Assembly: GCA_015067255.1 (NCBI GenBank)
Contig: SVMS01000001.1
Location: 95,285-159,284 of the forward strand
Source of the DNA: Oscillospiraceae bacterium
Lineage (GTDB): Bacteria > Bacillota > Clostridia > Oscillospirales > SIG519
Direction of reading: 5' to 3'
Length of the DNA stretch: 64,000 nucleotides
Shown: piece by piece, positions 25,431 to 35,586 of the stretch
Layout: the number at the start of each line of letters is the position of its first letter
Numbering within the stretch: the stretch's first letter is position 1
Position numbers and translations under genes: made by a program
Notes under the pieces: model-generated
What the model was told of the DNA's origin: nothing
Seen by the model: only the letters and a program-made list of their open reading frames with translations
Database searches by the model: none

Positions 25431-26894
25431 GTGAAAATCAGAATTTTTATGCTTTTGACGGCAAGCGTTATTCTTTTGGCTTCCTGTCAGGAGGGAGTAA
25501 CTGCAGATTTTGACAGTATTTCTTCTGACAGCATCAATCAGTATATTGAATTTTCAAGCGATATCGAAGACATTTCAAGCACGAGTACTTCGTCTGCTGT
25601 TGTTTCTCAGCCTGATGATAAAAGCAGCAGCGCCGTTTCGGATACATCTTCCGAAATTATAATTCCCCCTGCTTCATCAACAACAATTGATATTCCAAGC
25701 ACTCCTGCCGATTCTTCCGAAGAAGAGGAGGAGCCTATCACTATAACGGAGCCCCTTGATACTCTTTACAATTCTCTTGAATCCTATGTCTGCCACCCTT
25801 CTCACTGCTGTACGACAATACCCGCTGCAGTTTCCCATTATTTTGAGAAAAACTTTAATATATACCGATACTATTATTCAAAGCTTTCTTCCTCTGCAAA
25901 AGAGGTTTATGATAAAATCGACCAAGAAATAAAAAAAGGAAAGGCTTTTGCCGAAATTTCTTTTAATGGAAACGAAGATGCTTTTAATAAATATTATCAG
26001 GATAATATATGGCCTGCTTATTATACCTATGTTTTAGACAATTCCTGGGCATTCTTTTTACCTTCTGCTGTTTCTGTAAGCTATAACGGTTCAGTAATTA
26101 AAATTAAATTTCCGTTTATCTATACAGATACAGAAATTTTAGATACCTTTGCTAAAATCCACGAATTTATATTACAGGCGCAGTCAAATCTTTCTTCCTC
26201 TATGTCAGAGTTTGAAAAAGAGCTTTCTCTTTATAATTTCGTGTGTCACAGCATAATATATACTCAGGAAAACCCTAAGGATGCATATAATCTTACAGGA
26301 GCAGTAAACGGCAAGGGTGTCTGCGAAGCCTATTCGGAAATGCTTAAGCTTTTATTTGACAGCGTGGGACTTAAATCAATGGCTGTTGTCGGAAGCAGTA
26401 AAGAAAACAATGAGGGCCATAAATGGAATATGGTCTGCATAGACGGACAGTATGCCTATGTAGATGCAACCTACGGAGACACCTCTACAAGCAACAAAGG
26501 TGAAACAAAGTATATTTTAAATGCAGATAACAGCAAGGATGCCGTTATCAATTATGCCTATTTTAACATAGACGATATTTCTCTTTTGAAAATAAACACC
26601 TTAAAGAAACAGGAAAATTCCTATACCTTCCCCTCTCTGCCCTCTTGCAGCGCTCATATAAGCTATTATGACCATTATAAAATTAACATTCACAACAAAC
26701 AAGAAGCTGAAGAATATCTTAAAAAGGTTGCATATCAGATAAAGATAAAGGGCAAAAGATATTTTCATATACAGAGTGATGCTTTGACTCACGATGAAAT
26801 TTTAGGTATCTTACAAAAAAAACACGTCAGATTAAAGAAATACACTTACACAGGGGCCATTGAAAGAGGCTCTCTTGTAGAAATCACTATTTAA
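25431..26894 (+). CDS. Lipoprotein with Ser-rich linker and transglutaminase-like cysteine-protease-fold domain
   Basis: 487 aa. GTG start after aggaggg. Lipobox LLASC-QEG. GKGVCEAYSEMLKLLFDSVGL...GHKWNMVCIDGQYAYVDATYGD (C-H-D arrangement). Confidence 0.65.
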   Translation: MKIRIFMLLTASVILLASCQEGVTADFDSISSDSINQYIEFSSDIEDISSTSTSSAVVSQPDDKSSSAVSDTSSEIIIPPASSTTIDIPSTPADSSEEEEEPITITEPLDTLYNSLESYVCHPSHCCTTIPAAVSHYFEKNFNIYRYYYSKLSSSAKEVYDKIDQEIKKGKAFAEISFNGNEDAFNKYYQDNIWPAYYTYVLDNSWAFFLPSAVSVSYNGSVIKIKFPFIYTDTEILDTFAKIHEFILQAQSNLSSSMSEFEKELSLYNFVCHSIIYTQENPKDAYNLTGAVNGKGVCEAYSEMLKLLFDSVGLKSMAVVGSSKENNEGHKWNMVCIDGQYAYVDATYGDTSTSNKGETKYILNADNSKDAVINYAYFNIDDISLLKINTLKKQENSYTFPSLPSCSAHISYYDHYKINIHNKQEAEEYLKKVAYQIKIKGKRYFHIQSDALTHDEILGILQKKHVRLKKYTYTGAIERGSLVEITI

Positions 26895-26911
26895 TTAAAG
26901 GAAATGATATT

Positions 26912-29329
26912 TTGAAAAGAAACATTATACCTGAAAAGCTAAAAGTGTGGTTTTCAAATTTAAGAAAAAGCAAGGGCTACAAAATATTTAAAAAGATAAT
27001 GCTGGGAACAGTATCCGCAGGAATTACAATGGCTATTCTTCTCACCTGTTCTTTTGTATTTTTATGCTATAATTATACCGATTCGGATATTGATATAGCT
27101 TTTGAAAATCTGAATCTTGATTACACCACTGTAATTTACGCTAAAAATACTCAGACGGGAAAATATGAAGCTGTCGAAGAGCTTTACAAGGATGAAAACC
27201 GTATATGGATAAGCCTTGATACTCTTCCCAAATATATAAAGGATGCCACTATCGCCATAGAGGACAGACGTTTTGAAAAGCACAAGGGCGTTGACTGGTG
27301 GCGTACCGGTCAGGCGGTATTCAAATACGCATTGGGAGACCGTTCGGGTTTTGGCGGCTCTACTCTCACCCAACAGCTTATAAAGAACATTACAGGCGAC
27401 GGTGCAAGAAGTATTGAGCGTAAAATCAAAGAAATTCTCAGAGCTCTTTATATAGAGCGTAAATATAACAAAGACCAAATTCTTGAATATTATCTCAATA
27501 CCGTTACCTTCGGAGGCACCTGTCAAGGAATTCAGTCTGCGGCAAAAAGATATTTTAATAAGGACGCTACCGAGCTTACTCTTGTAGAAGCTGCCTCTAT
27601 AATAGGTATTACAAACAATCCTTCCCTTTATGACCCCTTCTTGAAGGAAGAAAACAACAAAAACAGGGCAAGGACAATTATGTATACTATGCTTGAGGAA
27701 GGCTTTATCACTCAAGAGGAATATGATGCGGCAAAAGAAGAGCTTGAAGCTCTCACCTACATCAAAAACACCGATTCAGGCTCAAAGCAGAGCTATTTTG
27801 TTGACCACGTTATAACTCAGGTAATTGATGACCTTGTAAAAGAAAAAGGCTATACCAAGGAATATGCAACAGACGTTGTATATACAAAGGGTCTTAAGAT
27901 TTATACCACTATGGACAATGATGTTCAGTCTGTTATGGATGCGGTTTTCACTAATGATGCAAACTTCCCTCCAACCAAAAACGCAAAGGGTGAAATTCCC
28001 CGTGCCGCTATGGTTATAATGGACCAGAAAACAGGTGATGTTTTGGGAATTGTGGGCGACAGAGGCGAAAAGACCATAAACAGAGGCTTTAACTATGCTA
28101 CTCAGGGTATAAGACAGCCCGGTTCTACAATGAAGCCTATTGCAGTTTTTGCCCCTGCCATTGAAAAAGGGATAATAAATGCAGCCTCAATTATAGACGA
28201 CTCTCCTTCAAACAATGACGGAACCTGGCCTCATAACTACAACGGATATTATTCAGGACTTATGTCGGTACGTCAGGCTCTTTTACAGTCAAACAACGCC
28301 GTTCCCGTTCGTATAATTCAAAAGCTTGGTGCTGACAATTCCGTTAATTTCCTTCAGAACGAGCTTCATTTGACAACTCTTGTTGAAAACGATATGAACC
28401 CCTCCTTAGCATTGGGAGGTATAAGCCACGGTGCTACTGTTCTTGAAATGACAGCGGCTTATCAGATTTTCCCCAATCAAGGACTTTACAACACCCCCAG
28501 AGTTTATACAAAGGTTGAAAGCTATGACGGCAGAACCTTACTTGAAAAAGAGGTTGACACAACTCAGGTAGTTTCTGCTCAGACAGCTTACAGCGTTCAC
28601 CAGTTCCTTTTTGAAAATAACCTTTACGGTACAGGTACTCCTGCTAAGCTTTCTACCACTGTCAGCGCAGGAAAAACAGGTACTACCTCAGACGATAAGG
28701 ACCGTTGGTTTATCGGCTATACTCCCGAATACACCTGCGGCGCTTGGTTTGGCTTTAAGGTTGGTGAAAGACTTACCTCTCTTTCTGTTAACCCCTGTTC
28801 AAAGCTTTTCAAATTAGTGCTTGATACAATCAATACCAAAAAAGGTATATCTAATACAGAATTTGCTCCCGTACCCGGAGGTATGTCACAGATAACCTAC
28901 TGTCTTGATTCGGGTATGCCCGTTGGAGATGCATGTGCTCTTGACCCAAGAGGCTTACGTACCGAAACCTGTTGGGTAAGCAATGAAAGCCTTCCCACCG
29001 AAACCTGCACAGCGCACCACCTTGAATATATCTGTACAGCATCGGGCAAGCTTGCTCACAGCAACTGTCCTAAAGAAAATCTTAAGCAAATTGCATTTGT
29101 AGATTTTGAACGCCAGTTCTCTGCAGAGGTTATTGTGGGAGATGCTCAGTATATGCTTCCTCACCTTGACTTTTCAACTCCCTTGTTCTCTGACCCTGTA
29201 TGGCCCGTTTATATGGACAGATACGGCGAGGGTAAATTCCCCGGTAAGCCTACAGGAAGCACTACAATATACAATTCTCTTTGTACTGCTCACAACCCTG
29301 CAAATCCCGCATTGTTACCTGCGCAATAA
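26912..29329 (+). CDS. Class A penicillin-binding protein (GT51 transglycosylase + transpeptidase)
   Basis: 805 aa. AIEDRRFEKHKGVDW, GGSTLTQQL, RKIKEILRALYIE, STMKP, SNN, KTGTT. Confidence 0.9.
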   Translation: MKRNIIPEKLKVWFSNLRKSKGYKIFKKIMLGTVSAGITMAILLTCSFVFLCYNYTDSDIDIAFENLNLDYTTVIYAKNTQTGKYEAVEELYKDENRIWISLDTLPKYIKDATIAIEDRRFEKHKGVDWWRTGQAVFKYALGDRSGFGGSTLTQQLIKNITGDGARSIERKIKEILRALYIERKYNKDQILEYYLNTVTFGGTCQGIQSAAKRYFNKDATELTLVEAASIIGITNNPSLYDPFLKEENNKNRARTIMYTMLEEGFITQEEYDAAKEELEALTYIKNTDSGSKQSYFVDHVITQVIDDLVKEKGYTKEYATDVVYTKGLKIYTTMDNDVQSVMDAVFTNDANFPPTKNAKGEIPRAAMVIMDQKTGDVLGIVGDRGEKTINRGFNYATQGIRQPGSTMKPIAVFAPAIEKGIINAASIIDDSPSNNDGTWPHNYNGYYSGLMSVRQALLQSNNAVPVRIIQKLGADNSVNFLQNELHLTTLVENDMNPSLALGGISHGATVLEMTAAYQIFPNQGLYNTPRVYTKVESYDGRTLLEKEVDTTQVVSAQTAYSVHQFLFENNLYGTGTPAKLSTTVSAGKTGTTSDDKDRWFIGYTPEYTCGAWFGFKVGERLTSLSVNPCSKLFKLVLDTINTKKGISNTEFAPVPGGMSQITYCLDSGMPVGDACALDPRGLRTETCWVSNESLPTETCTAHHLEYICTASGKLAHSNCPKENLKQIAFVDFERQFSAEVIVGDAQYMLPHLDFSTPLFSDPVWPVYMDRYGEGKFPGKPTGSTTIYNSLCTAHNPANPALLPAQ

Positions 29330-29350
29330 TTTATTTAAGGAGTTATTCAT

Positions 29351-29839
29351 ATGGAAAGAAGAGATAAAGAAAATTACTATCTTGATATTGCACAGACAGT
29401 GCTTTCAAGAGGCACTTGTCTGAGAAGAAATTTCGGAGCAATTATCGTAAAAAACGATGTTATTATTGCAACGGGCTATTCAGGTGCTCCCAGAGGCCGT
29501 AAAAACTGCTCTGATTTAGGCTTTTGTATCCGCCAACAGTTAAACATTCCCAGGGGCGAAAGATACGAGCTCTGCCGTTCTGTGCACGCTGAGGCTAACT
29601 GCATAATTTCCGCTTCAAGAGAGGAAACCTTAGGCGCTGACCTTTACCTTGTAGGAAAGGATATGGAAACAGGTGAGCTTGTGCCCAATGCCAACTCCTG
29701 CTCTATGTGTAAAAGACTTATAATAAACGCAGGCATTTCAAGAGTTATTATAAGAAACACTCCCGAAGCCTTTACTGTTATAAATACTGACGAGTGGATT
29801 GAAAATGACGATTCACTAAGCGGAAGCTTCGGCTATTAA
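29351..29839 (+). CDS. comEB: dCMP deaminase (ComEB-type cytidine/deoxycytidylate deaminase)
   Basis: 162 aa. CRSVHAEANCI and PCSMCKRLIINAG zinc motifs. Confidence 0.85.
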   Translation: MERRDKENYYLDIAQTVLSRGTCLRRNFGAIIVKNDVIIATGYSGAPRGRKNCSDLGFCIRQQLNIPRGERYELCRSVHAEANCIISASREETLGADLYLVGKDMETGELVPNANSCSMCKRLIINAGISRVIIRNTPEAFTVINTDEWIENDDSLSGSFGY

Positions 29840-29851
29840 AAGGTGATAAAA

Positions 29852-30268
29852 ATGAAATCATACAGAAAAATACTTACGCTTAACATACCTGCAAGAAGAG
29901 GCTTTGTAAACATAACTCCCGAGGTAAACAAGGCTCTCAGAGAAAGTAATATCAAAGAAGGTCTTTTGCTTTGTAATGCTATGAATATTACTGCCAGCGT
30001 TTTTATAAATGACGATGAGGGCGGACTTCACAGCGACTTTGAACGTTTCCTCGAAAAATTAGCTCCCGAAAAGCCCTACAGCCAATATGCTCATAACGGA
30101 TATGAGGACAATGCAGATGCTCATATCAAGCGTACAATTATGGGCCGTGAGGTTGTAGTTGCAGTTACTGAGGGCAAGCTTGATTTTGGTACCTGGGAGC
30201 AAATTTTCTACGGAGAATTTGACGGAATGAGAAACAAAAGAGTAATGATTAAAATTATCGGAGAATAA
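29852..30268 (+). CDS. YjbQ/UPF0047 family protein (secondary thiamine-phosphate synthase-type)
   Basis: Start at ATG 29852, 5 nt after aggtga. [20 protein letters not shown] and [13 protein letters not shown] blocks. Confidence 0.75.
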   Translation: MKSYRKILTLNIPARRGFVNITPEVNKALRESNIKEGLLLCNAMNITASVFINDDEGGLHSDFERFLEKLAPEKPYSQYAHNGYEDNADAHIKRTIMGREVVVAVTEGKLDFGTWEQIFYGEFDGMRNKRVMIKIIGE

Positions 30269-30271
30269 CCA

Positions 30272-31336
30272 ATGAATGACTCTTTTTCAAAAATATTTGC
30301 CTGCATAGCTTCTTTGGATATTGACGCTTTATTTCTGAGCTCAGCTTCAGCAAGACATTATTCTTCAAAGCTTGATTTAGACGAAGGCTATGTCCTTATT
30401 ACAAAAGAAAAGGTATACGTTATTGCAGATTTTCGTTACATTGAAGCTGTAAAAAAGAATAAGGATATTTGCCCTGTTTTGCTTGAAGCATCAATAGAAC
30501 AGCTTTTGTTTGAGCTGTGCAGTCAGCTTAATATTGAAAAATTAGGCTTTGAGCAAGAACACTTGACAGTTGCAAAATATTTTGAATTAAAAAATTCTCT
30601 TCACAATATTGAGCTTATTGCAAGCGACCATATTATTTCAAATCTTCGTATGAGCAAAAATGAATACGAAATAGAAATGATAAAAAAAGCTCAAGGCATA
30701 ACAGATGCTGTTTTTGAGCATATGCTTGGCTTTATACGTCCTGAAATTACCGAAAGGCAAATGGCTCTTGAAATAGACACTAAAATAAGAGAGCTTGGCG
30801 GAGATTGCAGTGCATTTTCCACTATTGCTCTGACAGGTAAAAATACCTCTATGCCTCACGGAGTTCCCTCTGATGAAGCTGTAAAGCAGGGGGATTTTGT
30901 ACTACTTGATTTCGGCGCTCAATTCTCTTCCTACAAAAGCGATATGACAAGAGTTGTTGCTGTAGGAAATGCAAGCGAAGAAATGAAAAAGGTTTATTCT
31001 ATCGTTCTTGATGCTCAGAATATGGCTCTTTCCGAATTAAAAGCGGGAATGATCGGAAGCTCTGCTGACAAAATTGCAAGGGATTATATAAACAAAAACG
31101 GCTACCAAGGTACTTTTGGACACTCTTTAGGCCACGGCGTAGGCTTGGATATTCACGAAAGACCTAATTTATCTCCAAAATACGAAAGCCGTCTTCCCAT
31201 AAATTCCGTTGTATCAGTAGAGCCGGGTATTTATCTTGAAAATAAATTCGGTGTTCGAATTGAAGATTTGGTTGTATTAAAGGAAAACTCCAATATAAAT
31301 CTGACTACTTCCCCGAAAAAGCTTATTATATTGTGA
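30272..31336 (+). CDS. Xaa-Pro aminopeptidase/dipeptidase (M24B)
   Basis: 354 aa. DFGAQFSSYKSDMTR, HSLGHGVGLDIHE, EPGIYLENKFGVRIED. Confidence 0.85.
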   Translation: MNDSFSKIFACIASLDIDALFLSSASARHYSSKLDLDEGYVLITKEKVYVIADFRYIEAVKKNKDICPVLLEASIEQLLFELCSQLNIEKLGFEQEHLTVAKYFELKNSLHNIELIASDHIISNLRMSKNEYEIEMIKKAQGITDAVFEHMLGFIRPEITERQMALEIDTKIRELGGDCSAFSTIALTGKNTSMPHGVPSDEAVKQGDFVLLDFGAQFSSYKSDMTRVVAVGNASEEMKKVYSIVLDAQNMALSELKAGMIGSSADKIARDYINKNGYQGTFGHSLGHGVGLDIHERPNLSPKYESRLPINSVVSVEPGIYLENKFGVRIEDLVVLKENSNINLTTSPKKLIIL

Positions 31337-31348
31337 GGTGATTAAAAT

Positions 31349-32263
31349 ATGTCTTTTTCCACAAATACAAAAAACGAATTATGCTCACTAAGGCAAGAGC
31401 GTTGCTGCTCCTTAGCCTTTGTTTACGGCGCTTTATCCTTTGCAAACATATGGAATAAAGATTTAATAAAAATCACCACCGAAAACGAGTGCTTTTCAAA
31501 ATATATCTCTCACGAATTATTAAGACTTTTCAATATAACACCTCAAATCAAAAAAACAACAGGTAAAAACTCTACTTCTTATACTGTTTTTATTGACTCC
31601 GCTGCGCATATACGCAGAATTTCTTTAGGCTTTGGAGTTGACATTTCTCCCCTTTCAATGAAAATAGACCACAGACTTCTTTCAAGAGACTGTTGCCGTA
31701 ACGCTTTTATAAGGGGCGCATTTTTGTCGGCAGGCTCTATAACCTCTCCCGAAAAAGCCTATCATTTAGAATTTACTACTCACAGAGTCAAGCTTGCAGA
31801 AGAGTTTACAACTCTTCTTATGGAATATGAGCTTCACCCAAAGCTTACTTTAAGAAAATCAAATAGAATTATTTATTTTAAGGACAGCAGCGAAATAGAG
31901 GATATTCTCAATATAATGGGAGCCGTTAAAAGCTCTTTTGATTTTATAAATGAAAAAATTGTCAAAGAAATTCGAAACGATGCTAACAGAAGGTCAAACT
32001 GTGAAGCTGCAAATATTTCCAAAACCGTAGAAGCGGCTATGGCACAGACAGCGGCAATAAAAAAGCTTAAGCTAAGCCGTCGTTTTGACTTTCTTCCGCC
32101 AAAGCTTCTCTATATAGCAAAGCTGAGAAGTGAAAATCAGCTTGCCTCTCTTTCCGAGCTTTCAGCTATGACAGACCCACCTATGAGCAAGGCTTCAGTA
32201 AACCGTTGCCTTAAGCAAATTGTAGCGATTGCAAACGGAAAGAAAAAAGAGGACATAAAATAA
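31349..32263 (+). CDS. whiA: DNA-binding sporulation/cell-division regulator WhiA
   Basis: 304 aa. MSFSTNTKNELC opening, LAGLIDADG-like middle region, C-terminal HTH. Confidence 0.85.
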   Translation: MSFSTNTKNELCSLRQERCCSLAFVYGALSFANIWNKDLIKITTENECFSKYISHELLRLFNITPQIKKTTGKNSTSYTVFIDSAAHIRRISLGFGVDISPLSMKIDHRLLSRDCCRNAFIRGAFLSAGSITSPEKAYHLEFTTHRVKLAEEFTTLLMEYELHPKLTLRKSNRIIYFKDSSEIEDILNIMGAVKSSFDFINEKIVKEIRNDANRRSNCEAANISKTVEAAMAQTAAIKKLKLSRRFDFLPPKLLYIAKLRSENQLASLSELSAMTDPPMSKASVNRCLKQIVAIANGKKKEDIK

Positions 32264-32296
32264 TAAAAATTTTCATATAATTGTTTTCGGGTGGTA

Positions 32297-32474
32297 GAGG
32301 AGTGCCTGTAAGGACACTCCTCAGTTTTATTCGTCTTACGGCGAGTGGTATTGCTCCGCAGTGATATTTGTTAAAACAAGTGATATTGCCTTCGGCAGTT
32401 TTTGGGGGCGAATAAAATAAAACTAAAACCAATAGGTTTTAATAGCACTATTACCATATGATAATAATATCACT
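32297..32474 (+). repeat. Hairpin-array repeat, copy B (right arm partly degenerate)
   Basis: H0 gaggagtg...cactcctc at 32297-32322; tattcgtc at 32328. agtggtatt, agtgatatt and agtgatatt separated by mini-hairpins. ggcgaata. Then aaataaaac, atagcact and aatatcact separated by hairpins (taaaaccaataggtttta, attaccatatgataat). Confidence 0.8.
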
Positions 32475-32531
32475 CTTTGTAAAAAGAATATAACCATTAT
32501 TTCGTTCTATAGCCAATAAGGAGGTTTTATT

Positions 32532-35429
32532 TTGAAAATACGGAAAAAGATTTCAGCTTGCGTTGCTGTTTTTATGTGTATATGTATTTTGTTTTCAAGC
32601 TGTAAAAAGCCTCTCAACGACGGTGATACAAGCTCTGATATTGAAAATCCGCCTATTGAAAATGAGTATCCCTCTGCTTCCCGTTATTTTACGGATATCC
32701 GAGGCTTATGGGTAAGCTCTGTTTTAAATATTGATTTTCCTTCTAAAGACAATCTTACTTCACAGCAAATGAAAAGTGAAATTGATGATATAATCAGCCT
32801 TTGTCTTGATACGGGAATTAACACCGTATTTTTTCAGGTGCGTCCCTCCTGCGATGCCTTATATAAATCTGAGATTTTTCCTACAAGTATATATTTAAGC
32901 GGCACTCAAGGAGCACCCTTACCCGATGGCTTTGACCCTCTTGAATATATGATTGAGCAGGCTCACAAAAGAAAAATAGCAGTACACGCCTGGATAAATC
33001 CATACAGGGTTACGGGAAATATGGATATGTCCCTTGACGAGCTTTCTCCTGATAACCCTGCATTGAAAAACCGTGAGCAATTAGTACTTCATAAGGGTAA
33101 ATATTATCTTGATCCCTCCCTTGAAAGCTCAATTCAGCTTATTGTTGACGGTGTAAAGGAAATTGTAGAAAATTATAATATTGACGGTATTCATTTCGAC
33201 GACTATTTTTATCCCGACAAGGATTTTGATGATGACAGCTCCTTTGCTCCCTACAGTTCTAAATATGAAAGCAAGCATGAGTGGCGCTGTGAAAATGTAA
33301 ACAATATGCTTTCAAGAGTATATAGCTCTATAAAGGAAACGGATAAAACTGTTATTTTCGGAGTTTCTCCTATGGGAATCTGGGCAAATAAAAGCACAGA
33401 CAAAAGAGGCTCTGACACAAAGGGCGGAGAAAGTCTTATTTCTCACTGTGCTGACTCTTTAGCCTGGATAGAAAAAGGAATAATTGACTATATATGTCCT
33501 CAGCTGTACTGGACAAATAAAAGCACTATAAGCAATTTTGACATTCTTGTTGACTGGTGGGAAAACGCCGTTAAGGACAGTAATGTCAAGCTTATTATAG
33601 GGCACGCTCTTTATAAATTCGGTGATGAAAATTATCCCGATTTTGACAGCGCCGAAGTAATTACAAATCAGCTTGAAAAAAGCATAGGATGTTCGGGAAA
33701 TGTTTTTTATAATTATAGCTCATTAAAGAAAAATACACTTAAAATCAAAGATGCAATTAAAGAATACTATGCAAAAAAGGCTGACTTTTCTTCCCTTAAG
33801 GTTGCATATCCCGAAAAAAATATGTCAGTTACGACAGATACTATAAGAGTTTTAGGTACATATAATCCTTTACTCTCTCTTACAGTAAACGGAAAAGAAA
33901 TAAAAGAAAAAAATATAAACGGACTTTTCAGCACCGTAATTGACCTTAGCTTAGGTGAAAATACGATTACCGTAAAAAACGGTGACGAGGAGCAAAAAGT
34001 AATAATCACAAGAAAAAAACCAAAGACAACAGCCACTCAGCTTTCCGACTGTTATCCCGATGACCACAACGCTATAAGATATTCAGGGGACACTTTGGAA
34101 ATAAAGGTATCTGCTCCCGAAAACGCTTCTGTAACAGCAACCGTAAACAAAAAAAATATTATTCTTGAAGCTGACAAAGAGAACAAAACTCTTTATAAAG
34201 GAAAATATCAGCTACCTGAAACAGATACAAAGCTTAATCTGGGAAAAGTTAAATATACTGCTGTTCTATCTGACGGCAAAGCTCTTACCAAAACAGCAAA
34301 AACCGATATAACCCTGCTTCCCTCCTCTGAAATTAAAGTTGCACGTCTTAAAGCTAAATCGTGGCTAAGGCCCCACTCCGTTATCAAGAATTTCAGAGAC
34401 AGCTTTTACGGCTACGAGGGACTTGTCGGCAAAATAACGGCAGAGGATTATTTCTATGATGCCAAAACTGAAAAGAAGGATACCTTTGTACGCTTTGAAA
34501 ACGGACTTTGGACACAAAAAAGCAATATAGAAATAATAGAAGCCGAAAAAGAAATATTTCCCGTCAACGAAATTTCAGTGTCCTGTGAAGAAAAATATAC
34601 AGTCTTTACTTTCCAAGGCACTCCTTTGCCGATTAAGGCTGTAAATTCCGAAAACACTATTGTTTTACAGCTTATAGGTCAAAGCCCTGTCTGTCAGGAT
34701 ATAAGCTTTAAGGAAAACCCACTTTTTTCAAAGGCTGAGCTTAAAGACGGAAAAATAGAGCTTACTCTTAAAAACAAAAATGCCTTTTTCGGATTTAAAA
34801 TTGAAAATCACGATACAAGCTTTAAAATTCTTTTTAAAAACCCTGTGAAAATCAAGGATAGAAGCAATCCTTTACAGGACATAGTTATTGCTCTTGACCC
34901 CGGTCACGGCGCTGTGGCAGGCGCTACAGCGGCAGATGCAAACAATGAGCGTGAAATCAATTTCAAAACTGTTATGGAGCTTAAAGAAATACTTGAAGCC
35001 AAGGGCGCAAGGGTGTTTGTTTCAAGGCAGGAAAAGAGCAACGGTCTTGAAACAAGAGAGGTTGTAGACTTTTATGATACAGTTTCTCCCGACCTTGCTG
35101 TTTCAATTCATCACAACGCTGTAGGAGAAGGCGCTGAGCCTATAGATGACATCGGCTTTGAATGTTATTACTCCTCTTTTGAAAGCAAAGCCGCTGCCGA
35201 AACAGTATTTAAAGGTATTTCCAAAAACACAAAAATCCCCTCAACCCTTGAAGATGTTGATTACATTGTAACAAGAACAAGGGCTTACCCCTCTATTCTT
35301 TTGGAAATGGGTTATATTACAAATATTTATGAATATACTTTACTAAACAATAAAAATTACCGCACACTCTTCTTAGAGTCAATAGCTTCTTGTATAACCG
35401 AATACTTTATATGGCAAAATTCTCTGTAA
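32532..35429 (+). CDS. Lipoprotein fusing a GHL10 (YngK/DUF187-like) glycosidase-like domain to a C-terminal N-acetylmuramoyl-L-alanine amidase (Amidase_3)
   Basis: 965 aa. TTG start after aaggagg. Lipobox FSSC-KK. IRGLWVSSVLNIDFPS...AWINPYR...IDGIHFDDYFYP. C-terminal IALDPGHG...VSIHHNA...LLEMGYITN. Confidence 0.75.
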   Translation: MKIRKKISACVAVFMCICILFSSCKKPLNDGDTSSDIENPPIENEYPSASRYFTDIRGLWVSSVLNIDFPSKDNLTSQQMKSEIDDIISLCLDTGINTVFFQVRPSCDALYKSEIFPTSIYLSGTQGAPLPDGFDPLEYMIEQAHKRKIAVHAWINPYRVTGNMDMSLDELSPDNPALKNREQLVLHKGKYYLDPSLESSIQLIVDGVKEIVENYNIDGIHFDDYFYPDKDFDDDSSFAPYSSKYESKHEWRCENVNNMLSRVYSSIKETDKTVIFGVSPMGIWANKSTDKRGSDTKGGESLISHCADSLAWIEKGIIDYICPQLYWTNKSTISNFDILVDWWENAVKDSNVKLIIGHALYKFGDENYPDFDSAEVITNQLEKSIGCSGNVFYNYSSLKKNTLKIKDAIKEYYAKKADFSSLKVAYPEKNMSVTTDTIRVLGTYNPLLSLTVNGKEIKEKNINGLFSTVIDLSLGENTITVKNGDEEQKVIITRKKPKTTATQLSDCYPDDHNAIRYSGDTLEIKVSAPENASVTATVNKKNIILEADKENKTLYKGKYQLPETDTKLNLGKVKYTAVLSDGKALTKTAKTDITLLPSSEIKVARLKAKSWLRPHSVIKNFRDSFYGYEGLVGKITAEDYFYDAKTEKKDTFVRFENGLWTQKSNIEIIEAEKEIFPVNEISVSCEEKYTVFTFQGTPLPIKAVNSENTIVLQLIGQSPVCQDISFKENPLFSKAELKDGKIELTLKNKNAFFGFKIENHDTSFKILFKNPVKIKDRSNPLQDIVIALDPGHGAVAGATAADANNEREINFKTVMELKEILEAKGARVFVSRQEKSNGLETREVVDFYDTVSPDLAVSIHHNAVGEGAEPIDDIGFECYYSSFESKAAAETVFKGISKNTKIPSTLEDVDYIVTRTRAYPSILLEMGYITNIYEYTLLNNKNYRTLFLESIASCITEYFIWQNSL

Positions 35430-35440
35430 ATAAGTGCATA

Positions 35441-35487
35441 AAAAGCCGTCTTATGTCCCTTTTGGAATATAGACGGCTTTTTTTGTT
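35441..35487 (+). terminator. Rho-independent terminator
   Basis: aaaagccgtct ... agacggctttt followed by tttgtttt. Confidence 0.75.
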
Positions 35488-35586
35488 TTATGAAAATTTA
35501 ATTTTAATCTTTAAAGCTACAAAATTTTCTTTTTGCTTGATATAAAATGGTATCATTCACCTTAAAAAGAAAGGAAACAAGCAAAA

